Shown piece by piece: positions 12,491 through 25,879 of a stretch of 64,000 nucleotides of DNA (positions are counted from its first letter, which is position 1; each line of letters starts with the position of its first letter). The translations under genes were made by a program, and so were the position numbers. The stretch lies in contig NC_043001.1 of NCBI RefSeq assembly GCF_006345805.1, positions 45,198,001 through 45,262,000 of the forward strand, in the 5' to 3' direction. The notes beneath the pieces are model-generated. The model was not told the origin of the DNA. It saw only the letters and a program-made list of their open reading frames with translations, and ran no database searches. This DNA is from Octopus sinensis. Taxonomy: Eukaryota.

Positions 12491-13274
12491 TATTTCCAAC
12501 ATTTCACACAATCACAATGATAGGCACACACACACATACTCACACAAATACTACCTCCTAACATAACATATAGTGTGCGCGCCAACTTGGCGAAATTTGT
12601 GTGTTTGTGTGTGTGTGTGTAAATGCGTGTGAGTATGTGTTGTGTGCTGGCTAAATATTACAGCATGCTCATAAAACACTTTTTGTGTCTACCACAGTTC
12701 CCCACCACCACTTTCTCTCTATCTTACTTTCTTTTTTTATCTTTCTCTCTTTCTCTCTCCTCTCTCTCTCTTTCTTTCTGTCACAGACTATTGAAAGAAA
12801 GGAATAAGTTTATGTAGTGGTGTATTACTCACAACCAGAGATGAGAAAAGAACTAGGAAGGATGTAGAAACACTTTTTCCTTTTGCTGTTAACTTCAGTT
12901 CTTTTTTTCTTTGTTTTATTTTGCTTTAAGTAAAGTTCCTACTACCACCACTAACAACCCCAACATTTTGCAGAGAACCCAATAGAAATTCTATAAGTAA
13001 AAAAAAAAAGAAAAAGAATTCCTCTAAAATATATTATTTTCTCTAAACAAATAATATTTTGTTAAAAAAACAATTAATTTTTGATAAACAAATAAACCAA
13101 CCATCTAATAATCACACTATTTCAGCAGATATATGATAGACTTTTTTCTCCTTTTTTTTCCTTTCTTTTAGAATAAGTGTTCAGTTGAGCAAATCAATTT
13201 TAGTATAATTATTTTTTTTTTGAAACATAGACACAAGTTAAACATTGTGGTAGAAGAGGGAGATAGTTGCATAT

Positions 13275-13336
<62 letters not shown>

Positions 13337-13636
13337 CTAACACCAATTGATGTTCTGTTAATTATTTTATAAGAAAGTAGTTATCAGAAGGAGGAACTGT
13401 AAAGTCAAATATAGTAGTAGGATTTGAACTCGGATGATAACTAAATGCAACATACTATTCCACCAATTCTGTTATCAATGGGCACTTATTGCAATCATTT
13501 CTGAGAGAGAAGAAAAAAATTTGTTCTTAACCATTTGGTTACCATATTTTTATTGCACTGCACTACCTTTATTTCAATTCATCTTGAAAAGAATAAAAAA
13601 TTAATTGAAATAACTGTCATTATTAAACAGGCATTT

Positions 13637-13852
13637 AAGATGGTGACCTGGCAGAATCGTTAGCATACCAGATGAAATACTTAGCAGCTTTTCATTTGTC
13701 TTTATGTTCTGAGTTCAAATTCTGCCACAGTTGACTTTGCCTTTTATACTATCGGGGTCAATAAAATAAGTGCCAGTTGAGTATTGGAGTCGGTGAAACT
13801 GACTTACCCCTCCCCCAACTTGTTGGCCTTGTGCCAAAATTTGAAACCATTA
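13637..13852 (+). mobile_element. tRNA-type SINE, well preserved
   Basis: aagatggtgacctggcagaatcgttagc...gttctgagttcaaattctgccacagttgactttgccttt...ggggtcaataaaataagtgccagttgag...ggccttgtgccaaaatttgaaaccattatt. Confidence 0.85.
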
Positions 13853-16094
13853 TTAAACAGGCATTTGGTACAGGGAATTTTAGTTAGAAAGAAATTCATA
13901 TCAGAGATCTACGGGTGGCTTCAGGTGATTTGATATCAAAAGGATTAATAATATAAACTAAGAATAGATAGGGGATGACAAATAGTATATGTAAGTATAG
14001 CATCTAGCATGACATTCAGTGTGGGTGGTATTAAGTTCTGGATGAATAGAATTGAAAGTTCAGATACAGTTTCCAGTTGAAACTGCGTAATACTGATACT
14101 TGTTTTCTCAATCACTACAAGAATGTGAAAGGTGATGCTGATAAAACTGAAATTTGAATTCAAATTCAGACAAAACAATACTGTAAATACATTTTACTAT
14201 GGTATACTAGTATTTCAGCCTTTTCCACAAAAAATTCACAACAATAGTATTTATCCTTGTTTTGTAGATCAGCAAAATAAATGAGAAGTAAAGTTTTTTG
14301 TTTATACTAGAAGAGAATTTTAGGCTATTTCTGATGAACTCACCTGGATAAACTGAAGCAAATAGGATACAAGTATATGTGATGCAATGGTTGTTATGAA
14401 CTCTTTGCTATTTCCTCCAACCCCAACTATTATTCTACAAAACAAAATAATTTCAAAAATCTATAACTTGAGTTTCGTGCCATATTAAGATATGACATTT
14501 TTTCTCACTTCCTGGTTTGTTTTACAACATCATTATTATCATCATTTAACATCCATTTTCCCTACTGGATCCAGCAAGCCATAAGTCTACTCCAAGCTCC
14601 AGTGTCAGCTTTGGCATAGTTTCTATGGTTGGATGCCCTTGCTAATGCCAACCACATTGTAGTGTGCACTGGGTGCTTTTATTCATGCTACCAGCACTAG
14701 CAAGGTTGTCTAAGTAACTAGCAAAATAGTAAAAAAAAAAAAGAAAGGACAGAGAAAAAGGAAAAACTTTTGCTACTAAGTGTGGGGCATATTCAAGGAA
14801 GAAAGGCAGCCTATGCCAAGAGTTGATGGCTAAAGTATGATAGAGGGAGGGACAAACATAATCTTTTACTACAGAGGGGATACATACTTCTTAATTTTTT
14901 TATTTTGTTCTAAAGCAACAAAATAATCACCAAATCGGTTGTCAGGATACAAATGTGATATCTCTTATACTACTATTATCATTAGTATTATCACAAAAAA
15001 TGATGGAGTAAAGAATAAGCTTCAATAAAAGAATACACAGCTTAACAGTAAACAATTAATTTATGAGAAGTATAGAAAATGGCCCAGCTGTATTTTACAA
15101 GTGAGTGGAGCAATAAGATGTTACTTTATTGAGGTTCAAATACAATATCTCCTTTATTATTATCATTTATATTATATCTCTGTATTATTATTTCAAAGAA
15201 AAGTAGTTTTTATGATTCACTCAAATATAGATCCTGTTAAGTGGAGGATTGCTTTTTAATCTCAGTTGTTAAGGTTTGAGATTAAAGAGAAAAGAAGAGA
15301 AAGAAATTGAAAAATAAGTACAAAAAAGAAACTGCTATTATTTACCTTGTCCCAATAAATATATCATAAGTAGGGTAAATATAGAGGCAAACATGTTGAA
15401 GTTTTGAAGGACATATCTTCAAGTAAGAATGAAGATTGTTACATATTTAGTGAATGTATTTTTATTATTTTACTAGTTTCAGCCACTGGACTTTGGCCAT
15501 GCTGGGGGCCCATACTGGGGTTTTAGTCAATCATACTAACCACATCATCATTATCATTTTAATGTCTACTTTCCCATGCTTGCAGGAGTCAAATGGAATT
15601 AGCTACAGCAAATTTTTTACAGCCAGATGCCCTTCCTGCTGCCAATTCTTGTACTATTTCTGTCTGGCACTTAGTTTATCAATCTACATTTATGGAATGC
15701 TTAAATAAACTTTTTTGACAACCCACCAGTTTTAATCAGCAGTGTTATGTCAAACTTACCATATGATGAGCTTTTGCACAGTTTCCATCAACTAAGTTAC
15801 ATGCATGATGTATTGATCAAACAGAGGATATAGTAGAAGAGACTCAGAATTCATGACCACATGGTTATGATTACAACTTTTAGACAACATTTTATTTTGA
15901 AGCTGAAACTTTCCAAGTAACACCTACTGTTTCTACATTTCCAATCATCAGATATATATCACTCATACACAAATTTGTGCTAGGATTTACAGAGTTGATA
16001 AATAACATTGTGGTGATTAATGTTTGGGAATGAGACTAGCTTACATACATATATGCACATACACATATAGTCAGACAATAGAGTGGGTATATTA

Positions 16095-16462
16095 ATTATT
16101 TATACAATACAATATTGTAGTCCCATTTCAGCTGATTTACCAATCAGCTTTCTACACCAGAATTTGGAAAAACCAATCTCAGCACACATCAGCAGGACTA
16201 ACAGAAAAAGTATGGTATGGGCTCTTTGTAGAGGTTAGAAAATGCCACATCCTGTTTGTAGGTGTCTCCCACAAACAGGATGGGAAACTTTCTGACTGCC
16301 TGTGGCAAAGTGCCTAAGCCATACTTTTCCTGCTGGCCCCTCTGATGAATGCCAAGATTAGGTGTTTTTTTGTTGGTTATTTTTTTAAAACTAAACTCTC
16401 ATGAATGAAACCCATAGAGAATAAGCAGAAATGGGACTATGATATTGCATTGTATAAATAAT
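16095..16462. mobile_element. Palindromic MITE (non-autonomous DNA transposon, possibly Tc1/mariner-type, TA-flanked)
   Basis: Terminal inverted repeat of ~35 bp: left attatttatacaatacaatattgtagtcccatttc (16095-16129) vs right gaaatgggactatgatattgcattgtataaataat (16428-16462), with 3 mismatches. Nested internal IRs are aaaagtatgg/ccatactttt (16206-16215/16319-16328) and catcctgtttgt/acaaacaggatg (16248-16259/16271-16282). Confidence 0.8.
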
Positions 16463-18654
16463 ACACACACACACATGAACTAACACATGCTAAGGGTACC
16501 AACAAGTGTGGATGTGACTGATAAAGGTATTTTTAAAGTTTCTCCACATTATTAATCTCATCTTTTGTGTTTCTGATATTCTTCAACCCTGAGTACATAG
16601 ATTATTCTAGGCTGGATTTAAACTTGTAACCATTATTTCTAAACAAGATGTATTAACAGCTAAATTTACTCAATCATTAGGCTTTCACTAAATTGATTAA
16701 TTATATTTATTATAGAGACACCTGGACTACATATAGCAAAATGATAAAGGGTTGCAGGAATATTAATCCTTTCCCCAAGAGCAAAAATTTTGTTAGTGAA
16801 GGTAAAGTTGCTACAAGAGGGAATCACCTAGTGTTGATTACATGATGGTAGAGTGGAGAAAGTCTGTTTCTTTGCTGCTCTATATCAAAGAATACTTTAT
16901 CACACACAATAAAAGGCAAAAAACTTTCTTCTTTTTCTACTTATTATGTTCAGTGAGAAGGTTAAAGAACCGTATTATGTAGGCTATATATATAATAAAC
17001 ATGACAATCATAATTAAATATTACACTACGTGCACTCAGATGACTTGTAATGGTGCCAAGAGTAATGGAGGTGGTGGTCTGATAGTTATGGTGACAACAA
17101 TGAGGAAGCTGACTGGAATCATATTTCAAAATGATTGTCATTTATGCAAAGAGATTATAACATAAACTATCTAATTTTGACCGTTGTTTTTATTGATGTT
17201 ACAAGTATGCCATATGATATGCTATAATCATCCAATATGTAAACGCTGCTTTTTCATTTTTAAGGTGGTAAAAAGTGACTAACAGGAAATTTGATTGCTA
17301 TTTCTGGTAGGTCAAGCAATCATGTAGAAACCTTCTTTTATTGTTTGTTGACTGTGTAGGACTCCCTCATTGGCTTGACAGAATGTTGATTTTTTTTTTT
17401 ACCCTTGACATACGACCATAATATTATAGGGGAGTGGATATATAAAGTTAACAGAATTGACTCTGGTACCTTACTGATATTTTTTTATATTAACCCTGGC
17501 AAGATGAGAAGCAAAGCAAACTCGAGTGATATATAATTTAAGATTGGAAATAATATTTATTATCAGAGAATTACATTGTTTAGGTACACAGGAGAATAAG
17601 TCTTCAGATACTGATTCTAGGTAATAATGTAATGGAGAGATTTCCAGTTACCTTCTACAGGGTCATGGGAATACAGCTGAACTCAGTGCTACACTTGTTG
17701 ATTTCACAGAGCTGTCATTGCTTAAAATGGGCAGTCGTCCCAGTTCTGAGGAACCTATTTACAAATAGGTGGATTGGCCTATCCATGAGTTAACTAAGTG
17801 TATAATTTTTTCTCCCATAATCAAATTCATACACACATATACACACAGGCAGGTGGACACATACAAATAGAGCAGTTAGCCACAAAATCAGCAATTGATA
17901 GAATTGGTGGGAGTAGAGATGGTACTGAAGAGAAACATGGGTGAATAATAGAAAGACCAAAATCCACATTTACAAACTTACCAAACATCATTGAAGAAAG
18001 AGAAAAGAATAAGGAAGAAAGGAAAGAAAAAAGACTAGGGAAGAAGAAAAGGGTAAGGCTTGTAAATGATAGCTCTTCTCTTGTATACACTTTACCTATT
18101 GTCCATATATTTCCAGCCTAGAGAACTGACCATACATCAGGGAAACCTAGTGTAACAAGCTGTGGGATCAGCCTAAATAAACTAGTTCACACCATTTTGA
18201 TATTGAATATGTTTTTGCCTGTTCCTTTACACTCTCTTCCGTAATGGAAGTACATGTGAGTGTATAATTGCTCAGAGTAGAGTGAACTATATGCATATGC
18301 ACAATGCAATATTGTTTACCACTTTACATAATGTAAAATCACTACATAATCTGTGTGCATGCATGTATGTTTGTGCATATCACCATTTTACATCTACTTC
18401 CCAAGCTGGCATGGGTTTTACACAAATACACATAGTACATGTACTAACATATAAATAAATATTTATATATATATATATATATATATGATTGTGTGTATGT
18501 GTGTGTTTGTATGTATATGTATTAAACACACACACACACACACACAATCAATAGTGCTCAAATGAAAGATAAGATACATAAATAAAATAAAGATGTTACT
18601 GTTAACCAGCATATAAAAGCATTTCTATCCTGAAATGAATTAATTCTCTTTACT

Positions 18655-19100
18655 CTTGTCATCATTTAATCATCATCATCATCATAATTGTTATCACCAT
18701 CACTAACGTCAATGCCTTTATTACCAATTACTATTCCTCTATTTCCTTACCCCATCCCTATCAGTACTTCATCATTCCATACACCATCATTATCATCATT
18801 ATCATCATCACTACTGATATTAGCACCTCTGCTTGCTGTCATTATCAACATCACCACCTTGTCTTCCTATCACATTCCCTACACCAGACTCAACACAAGT
18901 TCTCTGATTACATCACTGGTACCACCACCACCATCATCATCATAAATCTTTGTTACCACCATCATTACTATAAGAACTAATACAATGGTCATTATCAAAA
19001 TGAGCATAATCATAGTCATCATCAAGAGCAACAAAAACAACTGTGCCACTATGACTACTAACTACCATTATCACCACCACCACAACCACCACAATCCAGG
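18655..19100. repeat. Degenerate (ATC/ACC/ACT)n trinucleotide low-complexity tract
   Basis: Direct reading; source of the S/P/T-rich ORF 18688-18945. Confidence 0.8.
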
Positions 19101-20451
19101 CATGTTTCTTATACGCAATTAGCAGTTAGTAGATATATCCTTTTCAAGTATTACTTACTGAATGCACAAACACCTGCAGATTTAGTTTCCCTATCTAATC
19201 TTCCGTGTAAATAAAATTTTCAGACTTAAAAATTTCAAAATGTAAACTTAAGAAACAAAATAGTCTGTTTCTTATCTTTAAAAACTTATATTTAAAATTT
19301 CGTCATGATAAGGAACATAGACTATAAATACAGTTTTTACTAAATTGTCTCAAGTTTTTCTCAGTCTCCTTAGGCAGAAACAAGGAAAATACCCCTTGTA
19401 TTTGAATACTATACAAATATTCTTTTAAAAGACTTTTAAATTTGAGAACAGTAAAAACTGTTCTCAAAATGTCGCATGTGACAAAGAAAGGTATGTGTTG
19501 ATTGGTGATACATAGTACTGGAGAAGATTACCATGGAGAAGGCCCACCACTTGAGCAAGCACAACAAAGTGAACATTATAAAGTAAAGGTGGTGATGGAA
19601 CCTGAGAGGTAGAATAATATTTTACCACTCTTGCCCATCTAGAGACCTATGTACAAGAGACTGCATCAGATCTGTTTGTACCCAATACACTCTTCTTTCA
19701 CTATTTCTGTACTACCAGTGATTAATCTCTCTATCTCTCTCTCTCTCCTTCTCACCTCAGTCACTTTGCTACTACTATCATGCACTTACTTCCTTCACTC
19801 ATCCATCCTGGCTTTTTTCCCCCTATCATTGCTGCCCTGAGTGAATGAACACAACTTAGCACAGCAAGTACTCTTTGCTCTTATGTGTGCAAGGAAATCT
19901 TCTTGTGCTAGTAACCCCAACAATTCTGTTAGGACACTCAGTACACTGTGTAAAGGGGTTGACAAAGATGCAGAGAAAACAGGGCTTTGAAGACATTTTA
20001 GCTTTGTCTTGCTTAGAACATAACAACCTCTTTAGTGTTGGTGTCACAATAAAATGCATCTAGTACACTTTGTAAAGTAGTTAGTGAAGGGAAAAGTATC
20101 TAACTGTACAATTCAAATCAAAAATTAAATGCATGATCCTCCAGCCTTGACAACAGTAGCTCTTGATAGGAATTATTAATAATATGGACTGTGACAACCC
20201 ATTCAAACCATGCCATCATTGGGAGCAGACACAGGAATGATGATGGTAGATAATATTAAAGTCCACAATTTGCATTAATATTTGTAAGTTCTGTGATTTT
20301 AGCAAAATCCTGTACATTGTTGCAATAAAATATTTTGACTCTTGCCTAAAATCACTTGTAGTATATTTTAGGCTCTGTATCCTTAAAACAGACAAAAATT
20401 TGTTCCTTATCTCAACTGAGAAAAATAATCTCTTTTTGATGATGATGATGA

Positions 20452-20489
<38 letters not shown>

Positions 20490-21661
20490 AAATAATGTAA
20501 GCATTCAGAGAGAATCACACAAATATCATCATCATCAGAGATCAACTATAGACATAAGTAATTGCTGATATACCAAAAGACATGAGGATCATGCCTGGAA
20601 TAGCAGCTGAAGTGGTTTTTAGGTATTTGCTTGAGCAGCAATCTACTTACAAAATGTTTATGTGGCTGCTTGACATGCTAGAAATAGTATTTAAATCTTC
20701 CTACAATCATATCCTAACATTTAGTGAATACAAGTGTGTGTGTGTGTGTGTGTGTGGTAAATGCATATGCACATGTTAGTAGTGAATGTATCAGTGCACA
20801 GTGAATACATCACTATCAAATCAATGCTTGTATTTAGTGCATATAAGTGATGTGGATGAATACAGGTGAGTGTGAAGTGAATGTATATGTAGTGAATGTA
20901 TGTGTGTGAGTGTATAGTAAATGTATTATTATTTAACCACAGGTCAGCACTCTGATCAACAAACCTCTGATCAAAGTTGTAGTCAGCCAATAATTTTTGC
21001 TTTTCAGATGCAGTTTTTCAAAGAACATATGATCTAGTCTCCTTTTAAAAAACAAAAGTGGTCATGTGTGGATTGGAGAAAATTTGGCTACCATATTTGT
21101 AAGTGGTCAAGTGGCAACATACACATCCTACATTGGCTAAATAGTGTGTGTGTGTGTGGTGTGTGTGTGAGTGAGAGAGAGAGAGAGTGAGAGAAATAGG
21201 TGTCTCATTACAGTGAACAATATCGTAAGCTGTATATAGTTAGCAAAACAATGAAGTAGGAAAAAATGAAAGCCATGTTAACCTAAACATGCAATTGAGA
21301 GATATCATCTTCCTATATATAGTTCTAAAAAGTTTAAATTAAGATATGTAAGACTAGTACATGTGTTAGAGAGAGAGAACTTAAGAGAAAAGGAGTAAAT
21401 ATATGATAATGTCATAATAATGAGTCAGCAGAGCATTGAACAGCAAAGCAGAAACTTCCTCATATAAATGGAAACAGTCATTTTGATGTCACAGTTTAGC
21501 TACCATCTTAACAAAAAGGATGAAAAATTGTTATAAATTGTGTGAGAAATATATTCTTCTCTGCCAGAACTTTATTTTACCTTTTATCAGAAAAGAAAAA
21601 TAGACTGGAAAAGGGAACAATCTTAGTTTCATGCTGTTTTTTATCTTTTTAATCTTTTAAT

Positions 21662-22030
21662 TGCTTTAATCATTGAACTGTGGCCATGCTGGAGCATTAC
21701 CTTGAAGGGTTTAGTTGAGCAAATTGACACCAGTACTTATTTTTAAAGTCTGGTACTGAGTCTATCAGTCTCGTTTCCTGAGCCACAATGTTATGAGGAT
21801 GTAAACAAACCAACACCTGTAGTAAAGCTCTGTGTGTGTGTGAGGGGCAAACACAAAGAAACACATACATACAAACATGCACACACACACACACAGAGGG
21901 TTTCTGCCTACCAAAATAACACACACTGGTTAACCTGGAGCTATAGTAAAAGACACTTGCCCAAAGTGTAGCACAATGAGACTGAACAAGAGATCACATG
22001 GTTGCAAAGTGTGTTTCATAACAGAAATTG
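21662..22030 (-). mobile_element. Abundant tRNA-derived SINE, minus-strand copy
   Basis: The + strand reads ...tgtggccatgctggagca...gaagggtttag...gtacttatttttaaagtctggtac...aaaccaacacc...ctatagtaaaagacacttgcccaaag...acatggttgcaaag, the reverse complement of the family at 5233. Confidence 0.8.
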
Positions 22031-23842
22031 ATTTCTTCCCAGTAATGGTGATCACAATGTTGTTATGACTGTTGTAGTTTAACTTTAGGTCAACCCTGAC
22101 CAAGCAGACTTGTAAATCAAAAATATTAAAAAAAAATCCATGACCATCCATCTTCTTCAGGAAATGTTGGACTGACTACATACTTTGATTATTTGTTTTT
22201 CTAATTAAAGATAGGATGTTGATGGTGTGCTTTGTAAAAGATTTGGCCAATACTTTTTGCAGATTGAGTTATTATGTATGCTCCTTCTTTGATTCCCAAT
22301 CAAAATGTTTTATTAATGCTGATGATCACCAAATTATTTAGCATCTAAACAATTAAATGTATCATCTCGTACACATTAAGCAGTTCATTCAGCACCATTT
22401 CAGCAAGTACAAAGGCTATGCTACAATGATAAGGCCCAACCTGTATAAAATTTTCTTTGGTACTTACAAGAAAATGAAAACAATACTCATCATTGACTTT
22501 TATCATCTTTATCCCTCACCATATATTTATTTCTAGTTAATCTTTTAATGCGCCATACATTGAATATATAACAATAACTTACATATTTATTTATGTTTAT
22601 CTAAGAGAGTTTTCTTTGGAAGCAGAGAAAAATTTTCATAGTGTTCAATTCGTTAAAAATCTATTTAAAACATTCATCTTTCTTAAGCAAGAATATTGAG
22701 ATTAAAATCACTTTTGCTGGCTTACATGAGTCTTAAGTATTAACTTCTGCAATAGCCACTTATACTGTGTCCCAGTTCAACTAAGAGCTTCTGCTCCTTG
22801 TGACAAGTAGGAAGAGACAGATATTCAGTAATAAAATCAGTTCCCCCCATTAATACACAAATTCTCAAATTCACTAAAGCTATTACACAAAAGATAGAAT
22901 AGAAAATTAATGAAATATAATGAAAGAACAACAACAAAATAAAACAATGTTTATAAAACAAAGGCATTGTTCTAAAATAGTGTTTAAAAAAACTCTTATA
23001 AAAATGTTTTCCACATATAACACCACTTCATGTTATGAATTTTGATGGTTATTGACTTTCTTCTTACAAAATATAAATGAAATATGGACACTAAAATATT
23101 TGTTGATGGCTTAAGTGATTTTTCAGCATTTTAAAGAAATGAAAATATATGATATTGAGTTGGAGAACCTACCATTAAAATTATCACCCAAAATACCAAC
23201 TACACGATTCTAAGAAGTGTGGGAGTGAATAATTTAAGGAATAGTAATTCTTTCTGTCAGTCATTTCATATACTTCAGTGAAACTCAATGCTGCTTTGAA
23301 AGACACTTCTTATTCTTTTATTCTTTCTTTATTTCTTGTTCATACATCAAACTGTTTTTGTAAGGTAAGAAGTACAGACAACTAAACTGGTATACCTAGT
23401 ATATACTGGTAGTTATTTTATCATTTGTATAGATATTGAAACACAGCATGTCCAAGTTATATGGGAACAAAAATTGCAAATGAATGAAACTAAATACTGT
23501 AGTTAACTCTAGAATTAATAACAGATCTAAGTACAAGCCAATGAAAGAATCTTTACACTTTAAGTTTCCACTTATTCAAGATGTATGTAGAAGTCATAAA
23601 GCTATCATTGTTAATTAGACCCAGGTTAAGCATTTATTCTAACAGTGTATCTATGATTACATTATCAGATGTTCTCTTCTAATGTGATTTAAGACAGATT
23701 TAGCTACTATTTCTAATAGATGGTGCAAAACAGAAAACAGAGGAGCCTTTATAAAACTTGAAAGTAAAAAATTCAAATTTAGGTATATCTTTATCTTAGG
23801 GATGAGCTGAAGACAAATCAGGTTGGTGTATATTCTTTTCTA

Positions 23843-24048
23843 TTCTAGGCACAAGGCCCGAAATTTTTAGGGAAGGGGCCAGTCAATTAGAACAACCCCA
23901 GTACACAACTGGTTCTTAATTTGTCGACTCCAAAAGGATAAAAGGCAAAGTCAACCTCAGCAGAATTTGAACCCAGAACGTAAAGACAGATGAAATACTG
24001 CTAAGCATTTTGCCCAGTGTGCTAATGTTTCTGCCAGCTTGTTGCCTT
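23843..24048 (-). mobile_element. tRNA-type SINE, minus-strand copy
   Basis: ctaggcacaaggcccgaaattttt...ccaaaaggataaaaggcaaagtcaacctcagcagaatttgaacccagaacg...gtgtgctaatgtttctgccagct. Confidence 0.85.
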
Positions 24049-25879
24049 TTTTGCCCAGGTTGGTGTATATTATTTCATATTGTAGATATGATTGTTATAA
24101 GCATAACATGCAAACTTAGGTCATGACAAGCAGATAACAATAAATTATGAAGAGCAGTAGAAACTGGAGGAAGCTACACTAAATATCTTGCAGTATCTAA
24201 TTATATCCCTTATCATTCATAAATTCAAGCCCTACTTGGTCTGACTTAGCCTTTCCTTATTCCAGAGCCGATAAAATAATTACCCACAATTCATTTGACT
24301 ATACATCCTCCCACAACAAAGTTGTGTCTTTATACCAAAGCTACGCATCTATATTATTATTGTAACTGTTTTGCTAGTAGAATTGATAGAACAGCTTATT
24401 AAATGCTTTGTGTGGCATTTAGTTATATCTTTTTAAGTTCTGAGTTCAAACTTATTCCTTCCAGAATCAATAAAATAAGCACCAGTTAAATACTGGTAGT
24501 CAATTTAATTAACCATAAACTTCCCAACAATAACAACTTAATGATTTTATACAACCATCTTGGATCAAATTTAACCCTCCCATCCAAAATGTATAGTCTT
24601 GAGTCTGTGCTAGCAAATGCCACTGCTGCGGCGGCAGGCGGTGGCAGCGGCGAGATGGCAAGCTGGCAGAATTGTGTGCCAGACAAAATGTTAGTGGCAA
24701 TTCTTCTGGCATTTTGCATTCTGAGTTCAAATTCTGCCGAGGTCAGCTTTGTCTTTCATGCTTTTGGGGACAATAAAATAAGTTTTGTAACCTCACAGAT
24801 AAAATTGAATAGAAACAATTAATTCACTCAATATCTTAGTTGTAGTTTGTTAGTGGGAGAATAATCCCACTTATATTGTAAAAAAATAAACACCAAGCTG
24901 AGACTAGGCAAGAGCCAAACTTCCCACAAAGAAAAGATAAAAATTAATTTTATACATTCATTTTAAGAAGTTCTTAAATAACTGTCCATTGATTGCACAT
25001 GGACTACTTTAATAATGTTAAATGTAGACTAATTCATGTTGGTGAAAAGAAAAAGACAACATGCCTATTTCTGCTGGTTCATAAATGCTTCAACAAGAAT
25101 ACTAGGTTCTTAACAATAAGTACCAGCCAACCTCTTCCTAAAATTAATGGCCTTGTGCCAAAATTTGAGACCATTATTAGCGAATCAAGAATAGGTTTTG
25201 AGATTTGCCTGTGCTACATTACAGGTCATAACATATGATAATTCTCCTTGAGAATTTAACTATAGTTAGGATTGTAGGGATAAAAATTTTTTTAAATTTA
25301 AAAAAGACAGTTTTCTCTTACACTCTTTTAAAATTTATTTATTACAGAAATATGTGGAAAACATTGCAAATGAGGGAGGTCTTGACTAAATGAATCAATG
25401 GCGAATATCTAAAAATGGATGAATCTAAAATAACAAAAACATGTAGGCAGAAGAATGAGTAATTCTTCTATCCAACTTAGAATTGTATACCAGAAAGAAG
25501 TTATGAATATAACTATTTTCCTATCCTATTAACTACAATAGCGCACACAAGGTGAATGAAGATATGTAAAGAATGCACACAAAAGACTTTGTTTTGCCAT
25601 GGTAGCCACATAGGTAAAGGTAATTAATACTATTGCTGCACTGTGTTATCAATTTACAAAGTTAAAAATACAGGGAAAAAACTTACATACAGATCTTGAG
25701 TGGTATAGATATATTCAAAAAACCTTACACACAGATTTATGACTTCAGATTCAACCATAAAACACTACTGTACAAACTCAGTTTAAAGTACCACTATCAA
25801 ACTACAGAGGAATCCCGTAAATCTCTGGATGGAAAATATTGATGATTTTCAGAAAATGTGTATGGGATGTGGGTCTCTA

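Noticed and set aside
17661-17940. Two short open + frames (GHGNTAEL...IYK*; GGHIQIEQLATKSAIDRIGG...)
   Set aside because: Splice signals are weak (gtggat donor, cacacag acceptor), there is no recognisable homology, and 30-35 open codons are expected by chance.
18688-18945. S/P/T-rich 85-aa ORF resembling a mucin-like segment
   Set aside because: It lies wholly within a degenerate trinucleotide tract, has a non-ATG start and no flanking exon signals.
24541-24822. 93-aa ORF with AAAAGGGSG and a GC/CpG-rich patch
   Set aside because: The 3' two-thirds is a SINE copy (agctggcagaa...gagttcaaattctgccgaggtc). The GCG/GGC patch is a ~30-bp simple repeat abutting the SINE head.
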